A stretch of 64,000 nucleotides of DNA from Isurus oxyrinchus. Lineage: Eukaryota. Positions 25,398-38,661 of this stretch are shown in pieces (within the stretch, counting starts at the first letter, position 1; each line of letters starts with the position of its first letter). A model generated the notes under the pieces. The model saw only the letters and a program-made list of their open reading frames with translations, did no database searches and was not told the DNA's origin. The position numbers and the translations under genes are program-made. The stretch covers positions 152,086,001 through 152,150,000 of the forward strand of contig JANJGN010000008.1 in assembly GCA_026770705.1 (NCBI GenBank), in the 5' to 3' direction.

Positions 25398-25650
25398 CTT
25401 GCATTTATATAGTGCTTTTAATGTTGTAAAACTTCCCAAGTCACTTCCCAGGGGCATTATCAAACCAAATTTGACATCAGGTCATGTAAGGTGATATTAG
25501 GTGACCAAAAGCCAAGGGCCTAGGTAGCTGAATGCACAGGTGCCAATGATGGAACGATAGAAATCAGGGATGCTCAAAAGGCCAGAATTGGAGAATGGAG
25601 AGGTCCCTGAGGTTGTATGTTTTGGGGAAATTGCAGAGATGGGGAAGAGC
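25398..25650 (-). mobile_element. L2-like LINE 3' fragment
   Basis: Reverse complement of the L2-like tails at 14640-14900 and 30790-31010. Confidence 0.65.
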
Positions 25651-26640
25651 AAAATGTAGACAACTTCCAGATCAGCTTTCTCCATCTGACCCTGATGATT
25701 TAGAAGAGTTTCTATCTGAATGTATTAAAGACTGAGAAGACTGAAGTCATCATCTTTGATCCCTGCCACAACCTCTCCACCTTTGCCACTGGTTCTATTC
25801 CCATCCCTGATCATTGTTTCAGGGTGAACTGGGCAGTCCAAAATCTAGGCAGTCTAATCAACCCAAGTTGAACTTCTGACCCCATTCACAGACACTAAGT
25901 CCTTTTACTACCATAACATTGCCTGACTCCACCCTTGGATCAGCCCATCCATTGCTGAGACCCTCCTAATATCTCCTCCGTTAGCTCAGTAGCTATTGTG
26001 TCTGATTACACCTCTGTGAGGTGCCTTGGGGTATTACCACCATTGAATCCGTTAAATAAATGAGGAACAGACTCCTGTCAAATGCTGTTAATATTGTTTT
26101 AATGAACACCTTTGTAAGGGAGCTAGGTAAAAACCTGGTTAGAAATAGAATCGAACAGTATGGGAAATAACGATATACATTCATAATTAAACACCCCATA
26201 TCAGACCATGGTCCCTGAAATACTGGGATCCACAAAAATATTAACTGTTCAAACTAACTTACGGGTGATAAATAATGGTGATGTTGGTGCTGGTAGATAT
26301 TATTGAGTTTTCCTTAATTATATTTTATTGGCACATGATATTTTGTCAACCAGACTGTGCTGGAGTCTTTAAAACAGATAGCATTGATGGGAATGATTGG
26401 TGCATACCTGAGATAGAAGTAAGCAGAGGGGTATGGGGTGCGGGGTTGGGGGAGGATGGCAGGGGGTGTGTCGAGAGCATGAACGCCAGCATAGGCTAGT
26501 TGAGATGAATAATGACCTATTTCTGTGCTGCGATTCTGTGTGATTCCCTCGGTTGCTTTAAATAAATTGACATGGTCTGTGAGAAGGACCAGGTTTGATT
26601 ATTCCAACGTCTCTTACTTTCTAATGCAAGCTGACACCAT

Positions 26641-27001
26641 TTTTTATTCATGGGAAGTGGGTGTCACTGGCTAGGACAGCATTTATTGCCCATCCCTAAT
26701 TGCCCTTGTCCTTATTCAGAGGGTAGTTAAGAGTCAACCACATTGCTGTGGGTCCGGAATCACATGTGGGGCAGACATGTAAGGATAGCAGGTTTCCTTC
26801 CCTAAAGGACATTAGTGAACCAGATGAGTTTTTACAAAAATCAACAATGGTTTCGTGGTCATTATTAGACTTTTATCTCCTGATTTTTATTGAATTCAAA
26901 TTCCACCATCCGCTAGGCAGGATTGTGAACCCAGGTCAGAGACCATTACCCTATGTCACTAACTAGTCCAGCAACAATACCACTATACCGTTGCCTCCCC
27001 C
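26641..27001 (-). mobile_element. tRNA-derived SINE, same family as 24763-25109
   Basis: Full reverse-complement colinearity from the tail (cagcatttattgcccatccctaattgcccttg) to the head (ccactataccgttgcctccc). Confidence 0.8.
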
Positions 27002-29064
27002 TAACCATTGCTCAAGGCTTCTGGGTTTCATACTGTGGAGGGCAACCCAGCTCCTCTGACAAAGTACTATGTTCGTATATTTTTCGAAGTTAATTCAGGT
27101 ACTAAGATACCAACAGCTTTCTAAATGTGAATATATCGTGTATGTATACATGCTCCTTGCTACAAGTTTGAAGAGAGAATACATTGTATTTCTTTGTGCT
27201 GTTTAATATTTGTTTGAATTAACATGTCTGGTAATTGTAGAAAGCTGCACCACATAAACTGAATAAGTCTAACCCAAGACAACATAAAAAGCCCATCACT
27301 ACTTTACATTCACTTTACGAAGAAGGAACTTTAAATGATAAAAAATCACTCCTGTAAACTTTGCGATCTTAAATAACATTGTCAAATGGGAGCCATGGTG
27401 GTGATCAAATGCTTTTTTCCTTAAAAATTGCATTTTAAACTTCAGCAGACGTAATGCGAAATAAAAATCAACATCTCAATAGCTATGTAAAAATATAGCT
27501 TTTGATAAGGCACCTTCTAAAGTAGCAAAATGCTCCAAGACACCTGTCAAAAATTTATATAGTGCCTTTCATGACCTCTAGATGCCCCAAAGAACTTTAC
27601 AGCCACTGAAGTACTCTTGAAGTGTAGTCACTGTTGTAATGAAGGAAAAGGGGGAAGTGAAGGACATAGAATCATGGATTAATATACAGAAGAAGGCCAT
27701 TTGAACCAGCATGCTAGACATCAAGCTGGATGTAGGAGAGGTAACCAAAGACTTGGCCAATGAAGTAGATTTTGTAGTTTTAGAAGGAAGGAGAAAGGTT
27801 TACCACAGGGAGGCGGGATTTGGGAAGAGAATTCTGAATTGGTGACAGAATGATCATTAAGTAATGCCAATGCCTAAGCTTGATTCAGGAATAGTGCCTT
27901 GTGTGAGTAATTGGAGACATGACAAGTGGTAAGTGTAGCATGCCTGGGAGGAACAGATGACTTTGGAGCTATGGATCTCAAAGCTCTCCAATTGTAAGTT
28001 TGTCCTCACCCCACGACCAGGTCTGTGGTAAACTAATTGATAGCGATTGATTGCTGTATGATTAATCAACAACTCCATTACCATTGTGCCACGTGACTCC
28101 CGAATGGTAGATGACAAATTAGATGGACCTTGGTCTTTTTTCAGCTATCAATTCCAATGTTCCTATCCCATAATCAAGCTCTTCAGCTCACCCTGCCTCT
28201 ATTCGTTATTATAATGTGCACTATATCCGATTGGATTCCTTTTCAGAAACCTCATTCACTTCCTTTTTACTAACATCTTCCCTAAAACCTTTACATTTTC
28301 CCTGTTATTTTAAACAAGTAATACTTTGTATGAGATTTGATGCCTTTGCCATTTGAGATCTTTTAACATCAATCTTGTCGTTAAGATGTGCCAATGTTTA
28401 TGAGGATGGTCTGTTTCAGTGCACTTTATAAACCTACACATAAGGAGCAAAAAATAGTGCGTGATTGGTTTGAAGACACTTCAATCTGATAAGGCACTCT
28501 ATAAATGTAAGTGCTTTTTTAGTGTATAGCTAGACAATTGTACAATAAATGAAGCCTCCAGGTCAGGGTTGCAGTAGTCTTCATTTGACCTTGCGTTGTT
28601 GCTATAGATCAAGTGTTAATAAGGATAGTACTTATAGCAGTTCAGCCATACTTAATTATTCCCAATGGATCAGCCGGTAAACTCATTGCACAGCCTTGAA
28701 ATGAACTGAGGTCTGAGATTTGAAACTCCAGTATATGTGAGAATCAGTGTGTGGGGGGAAGGAATCTTACCCAGCAATCTAATCACCACTGAACCCTCTC
28801 TTGAAAAATGTGGGTTTGTGAATGTCAGATAAAGGCTCTTCTGTGTGACGCTTACCATGGTTAAATAGCCCACTCCCTCCTTGGGTTCACGTAGGAATAA
28901 CTATTTATGTGACGTAGGATCCCTGATCTCCATTGAAACATAATCTTGCTTCAGCTCGTGCCTTCAAAAGAGCTGAGGCAAAAACATTTGGGGACCCTAA
29001 AGAATTAACTCATTGTTAATTGAAGCAGTGTATTTTTATTTTGAAGTGACGCAGTCAAACGGAC

Positions 29065-29500
29065 AGAACTTGCATAGATATAGCACCTTTTGCAATCTAA
29101 ATGCCAAATTGTTTCACAGCCAATGAAGCACTTTTGAAGTGTAGTCATTGATGTAATGTAGGAAATTCAGCAGCCAATTTACACACGGTAAGCTCTCGCC
29201 AACAGCAATGTGATAATGGCCAGATAATCTGTTTCAGTCATGTTGGTTGAGGGATAAATATTGGCTCAGACACCAAGGACGAAACACTGCACCTCTTCAA
29301 AAAGTGTTAGAGGATTTTTTATGTCTGCCCAGAAGCATCACTGTTTTACATTCCTTCTGAAAGGACCTTCAACAGAGCAGCACTCCTTCAGTATTGTTTT
29401 AGAGCATCAGCTGGATTTCACACCCATCTCTGGAGTGGGACTAGAATGCATAACCTTTGGGCTCTAAGGTAAGAGTGCTACCCACTGACCCACAGCTGAT
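29065..29500 (-). mobile_element. Deu-domain SINE
   Basis: Reverse complement of 43225-43630. Confidence 0.7.
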
Positions 29501-30289
29501 AGCACGTGCAGTTCTTAATTCCAAATTATTTTTCCAAGCAAGGGTTAAAACTTGGCTTTGTGGCCTGGAAAACATTGGGCTGGTTTTATTGATGAGACAA
29601 TATATAGCCAACTAATTGTCTGATAAATACTCAAGCAGCATTTTTCCATATAACCCCTCAGTATGACAGCACCGGCAGACTTTAATTAATTAGCAGAACA
29701 CTACTACCACGTAGCAGGTGTACAGCAGCATCTCTACTACAAGTCAATAAATCTAGCAGAGTTCGTGTTTTCAGTGTATTCAGAGAATGTATTCAGCAAA
29801 TGCTATTAATCAAGGCCTTTTCAGTATGTTCTGTTTAAATTCCCCATCCATCTGCAGAATATTAACCATAACATGTCTATAAACTGCAACTACAGTATGA
29901 CATGTGTTGCCAAGCTACGTTGTAAAGCATTTGTTCAGCTGATAATAGCAGAGGTGTTGAATGTCCTTGAGTAAAGGAAAGGATTGCTTGAATTGTCCAG
30001 GGAGAGAGTCACACGCACCTTCATGTGTACGATTCATGGAAAGATAAGGAAACTGACTTCATATCTATGTCTCTTTTCCGACATTAAATTTGACAACTGC
30101 CAGAGATGCTGTCTCAGAGAAAAAGAAAGCAAGCCTTGCTTTTATATAGTGCCCTTCATGACCTCAATATTGCCAATGAAGTCATTTTGAAATGTAGTCA
30201 CTACGTTAATGCAGGAAACTCAGTAAAATTTAAGCTAATTGATGAAAAATCTCTGTGGGGGGTGGGGGGGGGGGGGCGAGATATATGAG

Positions 30290-30500
30290 ACAACATTGTT
30301 TTACACGGTGAGTTGCTATAAACCAGAAAGGATCACCTCAAAAGTGGTGGAGGCAAATTCAATAGTAAATTTCAAAAAGGATTGGCAGTAAAGGAGAAAT
30401 TTCCAGGGCTATGGGGAAAGCGTGAGGGAGTGGGACTATTTTGGATAGCTCTTTCAAAGGGCTGCCACAGACATGTTGGGATGAATTGTCATTCTCTGAT
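30290..30500 (+). mobile_element. CR1 LINE 3' tail
   Basis: gtggtggaggcaaattcaatagtaaatttcaaaaagg..gatagctctttcaaag pattern shared with other CR1 tails. Confidence 0.55.
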
Positions 30501-30699
30501 TCGAGGATGAGTTTTCCCAAGTGTTGGAATTGAGTTTGCTGAATTGTATTAAGTCATACGAGACGACTTGAGCCACTCCAGTGAATAAGTGCGGTGGGGA
30601 TCATGGAAGGAAAAGGTTTGATGGGGAGTTAGGGCCTTTTGTTGACTTTAATTTTTTTTTAATTTGCAAATGTTCACAGACTCCCAGGCTGACAGGGCC

Positions 30700-31190
30700 T
30701 CAATTTTAAATTCCTCATTCTGATTTTCAAATTCCTCCATAACCTTGCCCCTCCCTATCTCTTGTAGCCTCCACTACAACCCTGTGAAATATCTGTGCTC
30801 CTCCAATTCTGGCCTCTTGTGCATCCCTGATTTTAATCGCTCCACCCTTGGTGGCCCTGCTTTCAGCTGCCTTGACTCTAAGCTCTGGAATTTCCACCAT
30901 AAACCTCTCAAAAGAGGAGGTAGGGAGGAAGAGAGGCAGAGTCCTCCTTAAAACCTACCTCTTTGACCAAGCTGTTGGTCATTCGTCCTGATAGTTCCTA
31001 CTGTGGCTGTCAAAAATATTTATAATTGAAACTGGAAAAGCTTAACAGGCCTGGCAGTATTTCCAGCATTATTGCTTTTGTTTCAGATTTCCAGCATCCG
31101 CAATACAATTCTTATGTTTCCATTGATATTGCTCATGTTAAGTGCTTCAGGGCAGTTTATTACAATGAATGTGCTATATAAATGTCGGTT
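30700..31190 (+). mobile_element. L2-like LINE 3' fragment containing a short Penelope-tail piece (~31025-31105)
   Basis: ctccaattctggcctcttgtgcatccctgattttaatcgctccacc and cttaaaacctacctctttgaccaagc. The insert contains tttgtttcagatttccagcatccgca. Confidence 0.65.
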
Positions 31191-33179
31191 ATCTTCTTAA
31201 ATATAACCTTTAGAGAGGCAAGCAATTACAAATGGCAACTTAGCATTCTCAAGACAATGCAATGAGATTTTTCTTTGAAATGCCTGAGATGTTAAGGAGA
31301 GAAGGTGGGATGCGTGGTGAAATAATAATGCAATAATATTGGAGTCGACTGGGCGATATGGTACAAACGCCAAACTGGCAGCGACCTACAGGAAAGATCG
31401 AGGGAGGTTGCTAAGTAAGAAGGAGCAGCCAGCTCGCCCCTGTCAGTGGCAACTCTTCTTCCCTACTTGGGGCAAAGGAGAACAACCAATAAGGCAACGC
31501 GCGTTGGCATATCAATGCCTGTGATCACACTGAGTGTAAATAAATCCTTATTAGTGTCCTAGAATGCTGTTTGTTACAAAGGTTGGTGAAAATCTCAAGA
31601 GTGGACATAAATCCACAGTTCACAGGATCCATGACCCCATGACACCAGTGACATAATTACAGAACGAATAATGGATGGTTAGCATTTAGTTCCCGATGTG
31701 TTTGTCGATTTGAGTTACTTCACTGCTTGCACATCCTTGTACACACCCCAAAGCAATGCAGGGGCCGATACATGCCTCTGGTTCACCTCATGGTACAATA
31801 TACGTGCAAATTGTCCCCGTCCCTCACCCCTTTGCTTCTGTTTACAAGAAGCAGATTTCCACAGGCCAGGGTGAGTTGACGATATGAGCAAGGAAGTCTT
31901 TTGCAATGGCACAAATGTCGGAGAGATGGAACAATCCTGGCGAAAGGAAGCATATCACAGGGACATAATCTGCAAAGTCTGTTGTAAGAATGCACAATGC
32001 ACAGTAACATCCATTACAGAAATTACTGGTGGTGGAGAAAATAAAGTGACCATATTGCAGGAGATGAATGATTGTTTTGCGTTGGTCTGCTTGTCTTCCA
32101 TGGCTGAATTGCATTTATCTGTGGTCGGAATATACGTATTTTGAAAAAGGTAATTCAGCAAACAAAGGGTGGTTGCAATTTTAACCACTCAAACTTTTTT
32201 CTCAAAACAAGAGAAATTCAAGGGGACCTCAGCATTGGCTGAATCAAATCATCCTGGGAAGGTTTAGCCGAACCTAATGAAGGAAATCTCTCATTACTTG
32301 CTCTTCAATGCGGCCTGTCACTCCTCATTGCGAGGAATGTGTTGAACAAGCAAGACAATAGCAGTGCCCATTCAACGAGTGGGATTTAGTTATAGGAGTA
32401 CTCGCAGGTTCCTGTTACTCCCAGCTAGATGAAAGTGCTTCGCAAACTTTATGTTGATAACCTGTGCTGGTAGGGAAAGGTCAACGTCAGGTCAACCACT
32501 TTGACTTTCATTGCATTATTTATTTCAATACTACCTCATAATTTGCAGGGTGGTGACAGGCTGGATGCCAATTGTACTGATTATTAATCATAATACAAGA
32601 TACAGTTCTGCTATCATGACTTCATCCATAAAATAAGCAGGATTTTTAATCATTCAGGCAGAAATTTATGTAAAGAGTTCACTGCCAGAGCACAAAAATC
32701 CCTATATTTTTATTTATTTAGCAAAATCTCTTTTCCGAGCTTGGGATGCGTTGTAATCATTTGGTGGCCAATTTCCTGCCCTCTCCCCCTGCCAAACCCC
32801 CTCTTAAATTTCTGAAAATGTGGTTTCAAACAGGAGCCTTAGAACTAAGGCGTTTTACTCCAGTGGCGATCCATCAGAATCCAATCGTGGATGTTGCTGG
32901 GCTATGTTGACAGCAGAAGGCATCAGAGCCAGGCCAAATCCCAGCCAATGCCCAAATTACTGCCCCAACTGAGAGCAGACTAGGCAGCTGAGGGGGCCTG
33001 CCCATTAGCTCATCGGTAGGAGCATAGCTTAGAAAGATAAAAACAAATGACCTGAAATCTAAATTAATGATGTGTATTTTCTACATGAAGCAGCATAGAT
33101 GTCACTGAAGTTAATTCTAAATTTGGTTGATAGCATAAAACTGGTGATCCCTATTCAGCTGCCTGTCATACATGTAAAC

Positions 33180-33405
33180 GTAGAATTATGCAGTACAGAA
33201 GGAAACCACGTGACCCTTCGTGCTTGTCCCAGTGCTTTGAAAGACCTATCCAATTAGTTCCATTCCTCTTGATCGTTCCCCATAGCCCAGTAGTTGCCGC
33301 CCCTTCAGGTATTTATCCAATTCTCTTTTGAGAGTTAATATTAAAACTGCTTGCATCACCCTCTCATCCAATGCATTCAAGATCATCACAACTCGATGGT
33401 TTTAT
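33180..33405 (-). mobile_element. CR1 LINE tail hosting the Penelope insertion (resumes 35060-35180)
   Basis: A reverse CR1 tail continues across the 13-bp duplication. Confidence 0.6.
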
Positions 33406-33407
33406 TG

Positions 33408-34520
33408 TTGCAGTCCTACTCCGGCCCCCTTCCACAACTTTTTCTCTGGTACATCGATGATTACTTCGGTGCCGCTTCATGCTCTCGTCGGGACCTGGAA
33501 AAATTTATTAATTTTGCTTCCAATCTCCACCCCTCCATCATTTTCACGTGGTCCATCTCTGACACTTCCCTTCCCTTCCTTGACCTCTCTGTCTCAATCT
33601 CTGGTGATAGACTGTCCACCAATATCCATTACAAACCCACCGACTCCCACAGCTACCTCGACTACAGCTCCTCACACCCCGCTTCCTGTAAGGACTCCAT
33701 CCCATTCTACCAGTTCCTTCGCCTTCGTCGCATCTGTTCCGATGATGCTACCTTCAAAAACGGTTCCTCTGACATGTCCTCCTTCTTCCTTAACTGAGGT
33801 TTTCCACCCACGGTCGTTGACAGGGCCCTCAACCGTGTCCGGCCCATCTCCCGCGCATCCGCCCTCACGCCTTCTCCTCCCTCCCAGAAACATGATAGGG
33901 TCCCCCTTGTCCTCACTTATCACCCCACCAGACTCCGCATTCAAAGGATCATCCTCCGCCATTTCCGCCAACTCCAGCATGATGCCACCACCAAACACAT
34001 CTTCCCTTCACCCCCCTTATTGGCATTCCGTAGGGATTGCTCCCTCCGGGACATCCTGGTCCACTCCTCCATCACCCCCTACTCCTCAACCCCCTCCTAT
34101 GGCACCACCCCATGCCCACGCAAAAGATGTAACACCTGCCCCTTCACTTCCTCTCTCCTCATCGTCCAAGGGCCCAAACACTCCTTTCAAGTGAAGCAGC
34201 ATTTCACTTGCATTTCCCCCAACTTAGTCTACTGCATTCGTTGCTCCCAATGTGGTCTCCTCTACATTGGAGAGACCAAACGTAAACTGGGCGACCGCTT
34301 TGCAGAACACCTGCGGTCTATCCGCAAGAATGACCCAAACCTCCCTGTGGCTTGCCATTTTAACACTCCACCCTGCTCTCTTGCCCACATGTCTGTCCTT
34401 GGCTTGCTGCATTGTTCCAGTGAAGCCCAACGCAAACTGGAGGAACAACACCTCATCTTCCGACTAGGCACCTTACAGCCTTCCGGACTGAATATTGAAT
34501 TCAACAACTTTAGGTCGTGA
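33408..34520 (+). pseudogene. Penelope RT (C-terminal part), Cys-rich linker and GIY-YIG endonuclease, with one in-frame stop at 33795-33797
   Basis: YIDD, PFLD, YKPT..H.YL...S.HP, CPRKRCNTC, NLVYCIRC..C...YIGET.R.L..RF.EH and GLN all lie in one frame. Confidence 0.92.
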
Positions 34521-34854
34521 GCTCCCTCCCCCATCCCCACCCCATTTCTGTTTCCCCCTTTCTTTTTTTTTCCAATAAATTATATAGATTTTTCTTTTCC
34601 CACCTATTTCCATTATTTTTAAATATTTTAAAATCTTTTATGCTCTCCCCACCCCCACTAGAGCTATACCTTGAGTGCCCTACCATCCATTCTTAATTAG
34701 CACATTCGTTTAGATAATATCACCAACTTTAACTTTAACACCTATGTGTTCTATTGTACCATTGTCGTTGACATCTTTTGATGATCTGCTTCTATCACTG
34801 CTTGTTTGTCCATACAACCACACCCCCAACCCCCCACCCCCCAACCCCCCCCCA

Positions 34855-34895
<41 letters not shown>

Positions 34896-34957
34896 CGCCC
34901 ACCACACACACACCTTAAACCAGCTTATATTTCAACTTTTTCTTGGACTCGAACTCA

Positions 34958-34996
34958 AGTTCTGTCGAAGGGTCATGAGGACTCGAAACGTCAACT
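34958..34996 (+). ncRNA. Minimal type I hammerhead-ribozyme-like motif (variant core)
   Basis: agtt-CTGTCGA-a-gggtc-atgag-gactc-GAAAC-GTC-aact: stem I agtt/aact, stem II gggtc/gactc, palindromic ACGT in place of stem III. The core differs from CTGANGA at one base. Confidence 0.6.
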
Positions 34997-35182
34997 CTTT
35001 TCTTCTCCGCCGATGCTGCCAGACCTGCTGAGTTTTTCCAGGTAATTCTGTTTTTGTTTTCGATGGTTTTATGTCTCTTCAACACCTCTCCCCCACCCTG
35101 GATTTTTTTGCCAATAATCTTAAATCTGTGTCCTCTGATTTCAGACCCTTTGCCAATAGAAACAGTTTCTCCTACATTCAAA

Positions 35183-35690
35183 CATACGAATTAGGAGCAG
35201 GAATAGGTCGCTTCGCCCTTCGATCCTGCTCCACCATTCAGTAAGATCACGACTGATCTGATTGTAACCTCAACTCCACATTCCCACCTACCTCCCAATA
35301 ACCTTTCATCCCTTTGCTAATCAAAAATCTGTCTACCTCTGCCTTAAAAATAATCAAAGACTCTGCTTCCACAGCCTTTTGAGAAAGAGAATTCCAGAGA
35401 CTCATGACCCTTTGAGGGAAAACATTTCTCCTCATCTCTGTCTTAAATGGGCGGCCCCTTATTTTTAAACAGTGACCCCTAGTTCTGGACTCTCCCACAA
35501 GAGGAAACCTCCTCTCCACGTCCACTCTGTCAATACCCCTCAGGATCTTATATGTTTCAATCAAGTCACTTTTTACTCTTCTAAACTCCAGTGGATACAA
35601 GCCTAGCTTGTCCAGCTTATCCTCATAAGCCAACCCTCCAATTCCAGGTATGAGTCTGGTAAACCTTCTCTGAACTGCTTCCAATGTATC
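35183..35690 (-). mobile_element. CR1 LINE 3' end, well preserved
   Basis: ORF 35247-35693: LEAVQRRFTRLIPG..Y..L..LGLY.LE.RR..DLIETYKI..TRGH..K..RV..LWNSL. Confidence 0.92.
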
Positions 35691-36211
35691 CAATTACATC
35701 CTCTATCACTCTTATCAACAAAACCTTCATAATTTTGAACACCTCTATTAAATCTGCCCTTAACCGTGTCTGCTTTAAATCCCTCTCTCGATTTCTATTT
35801 CCACAATGGATGGCTAGTACCCATTTTACACCATCATTTAGTATTTCTAAGACAAATCAGTTCCTTTGCAAGCTCTTCTCTGTTTTTGCATAGTTTATAC
35901 AAAGCAAGATATCATAAATTTAGCTCCATTTTACATGATCATTTAGTCAAAACTTAGTTCCACTTCAGTTCAAATACTTTTATATAAATATATATATATA
36001 TAAAACATAGATTGCACACACAGACATGCACACACACATAAATATACCTGTGTCAATGCAACTGTTAATCATCATACACCAGAATCACAATTAAACATTT
36101 TTAAAAAACATTTCTTTAACTGCAGAATGTACAAAACACAGTTATTGCTTATCGGTTCTCTGCCATTGAGATAACCTGTCTCCAAAGAGTCAAACCAAGC
36201 AACTTTCAAAC

Positions 36212-36527
36212 TATAGCACCTTCCAAAAGCATGACCACTACCATCTAGAAGGACAAGGGCAGCAGATACTTGGGAACACCACCAGCTGGAAGTTCCCCTC
36301 CAAGCTGCTCACCATCCTGACTTGGAAATATATCGCCGTTCCTTCACTGCCGCTGGGTCAAAATCCTGGAACTCCCTCCCTAACAGCACTGTGGGTGTAC
36401 CTACATCACAGAGTCTGCAGCGGTTGAAGAAGGCAGCTCACCACCACCTTCTCAAGGGCAATTAGGTGTAGGCAATAAATGCTGGCCTAACCAGCAACGC
36501 TTACAGCCCATAAATGAATAAAAAAGA
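36212..36527 (+). mobile_element. CR1/L2-group LINE 3' end
   Basis: Colinear with 16480-16795. Confidence 0.85.
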
Positions 36528-37412
36528 ACAGCAAGATGAATTAGCTTCTAAGTGTTCTCAGTATGGTAAAGACCATTTCTTTATTAACCATTTCTTTACT
36601 AATTGGCCTTAAAGGAACAGCCCAAATTGGCAGCTGTAATCTTGATTCCATTCCAGACACCATTGTGGCTGATCAGCAGAAATAATTTAAATCATTTTAC
36701 AATGAAGTGCTATTAAGATTAGGGCAATCAACTGTTTAGTGGGAACATCAAGTGAACGCCAAGTGGGTTTCATGGATTAGTTGAGCATGGAGACGTAATG
36801 GGGGAAGAGAGTAGAAAAATGAGAAAAAGGTGCCGGATCAGATCTTGGGTTGGGGCCGATGTTTTGTTTGGTGATAAGGGCAATTGAACAGGCAAAGCTA
36901 ATGAAGCGGCTGAACAGATGTTGCCAATCTGAATGAGTCCATCAGTTCATCAAAGTTGGTAGTGAGGGTGCTGGGGGAGAAGGGCTCAAGGAGACAATTG
37001 ATGGTGGAACTTTTCTTAATTTAGTGCAAAACAAATATCAAAAGAACTCTCAAAATTTATTTCAAATTTTACTTTTCACCTTCCTTCACCAAGATGCTTG
37101 CTGACTAGCTAAACTTCCAAAAACTTAGACAGCTCCCGAACAATGTTCAGTAGTTACAATTTCAAATTGCAGGCAGACACATCATTTTTTTTTAGCGATA
37201 ACTCTCAATATGCTTGCTATCTGCTCTCTAGTAGCTAATAGAATATGGGCATTGAAAATCCATCATAATGTCATCTAAAGGCATAACTGGTACTGCGCTC
37301 CAATATTAATACCTTTGTGCCAGTAGATTGCTTTTCCACAGACAGACCCTAATAGAGCAGCTTTTAATGTACTTGCAAATGGAATGCAAGAATATTCATT
37401 CTTGTACACAAT

Positions 37413-37414
<2 letters not shown>

Positions 37415-37450
<36 letters not shown>

Positions 37451-37462
37451 TGTGTCTGTGTG
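37415..37462. repeat. (TG)n microsatellite
   Basis: Seen directly. Confidence 0.95.
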
Positions 37463-37465
37463 CTT

Positions 37466-38154
37466 GGGCAGGATCTTCCCCCCATCAGGGGGTGTTGTGC
37501 AGGAGCGGGCACGGGCAGGCGGTTTCCTGATTGGCGCCCCCAATTGGGTGCGTGCCGCCATTTTATGTGGGCGGGCCAATTAAGGCCCGCCCAGTGTGAT
37601 GTCCGCCAGGAAGCGCTATGCGTTCCCTGTGTGAGTGGGCGGGCGGATTCCCTGAGCCAGGAGTGCACTTTATGGTGCATGCGCACGAAAGAGTGCACAG
37701 ATCCCCTTGAGGCAAAGTGCTGCCTCAGGGAGATCGGCTCAGATTTGAAAGATTGAGTAAAGATTAGAAAAAAAATTACTGACGTTTCCCCTCATGTGCC
37801 TCTGTCACATGAGCTGGGACATGTCAATTTCTTTTATTTAGACGTTTATTACAAATTCTAATACCCATATGAAACCTCATCCTGCCCGTGGATGAGGTGT
37901 CATGTTTTTTCAGAAGCCCGCCTGCCCGCCAACTTTAAGGTTGGATGGGCAGGTCCATTGATTGATTCAATTACTTTATTAATGACCTTAAGTGGCCGTT
38001 GACAGGTCGGTGGGTGTGCAGCCAAGTCAGCTGTGCACCCGCCGACCTGAAAATGTAAATGACGCGGGGTGACATCAGGATGCCCACCCAACGTCACCCC
38101 CGTGTCAATTTACACGTCGGTGAGCGGGCCCCGCCCCCAGCCTTCCACTCGCCG
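37466..38154 (+). mobile_element. Harbinger-type MITE (family A related), right end lost in the gap
   Basis: Begins GGGCAGGATCTT and is colinear with 3447-4081, including the internal palindromes. Confidence 0.8.
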
Positions 38155-38661
38155 NNNNNNNNNNNNNNNNNNNNNNNNNNNNNNNNNNNNNNNNNNNNNN
38201 NNNNNNNNNNNNNNNNNNNNNNNNNNNNNNNNNNNNNNNNNNNNNNNNNNNNNNNNNNNNNNNNNNNNNNNNNNNNNNNNNNNNNNNNNNNNNNNNNNNN
38301 NNNNNNNNNNNNNNNNNNNNNNNNNNNNNNNNNNNNNNNNNNNNNNNNNNNNNNNNNNNNNNNNNNNNNNNNNNNNNNNNNNNNNNNNNNNNNNNNNNNN
38401 NNNNNNNNNNNNNNNNNNNNNNNNNNNNNNNNNNNNNNNNNNNNNNNNNNNNNNNNNNNNNNNNNNNNNNNNNNNNNNNNNNNNNNNNNNNNNNNNNNNN
38501 NNNNNNNNNNNNNNNNNNNNNNNNNNNNNNNNNNNNNNNNNNNNNNNNNNNNNNNNNNNNNNNNNNNNNNNNNNNNNNNNNNNNNNNNNNNNNNNNNNNN
38601 NNNNNNNNNNNNNNNNNNNNNNNNNNNNNNNNNNNNNNNNNNNNNNNNNNNNNNNNNNNNN
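38155..38661. other. Assembly gap (507 N)
   Basis: Run of N. Confidence 1.

Larger units (their letters stand above)
33406..35059 (+). mobile_element. Penelope-like retroelement (Neptune-type), 5'-truncated
   Basis: Exact 13-bp TSD tcgatggttttat at 33393-33405 and 35060-35072. Contains an RT plus GIY-YIG frame and a 3' UTR with a hammerhead-like motif. Confidence 0.93.

Noticed and set aside
33328-34194. 288-aa Pro/Ser/Thr-rich ORF
   Set aside because: Alternative frame of the C-rich Penelope coding strand.
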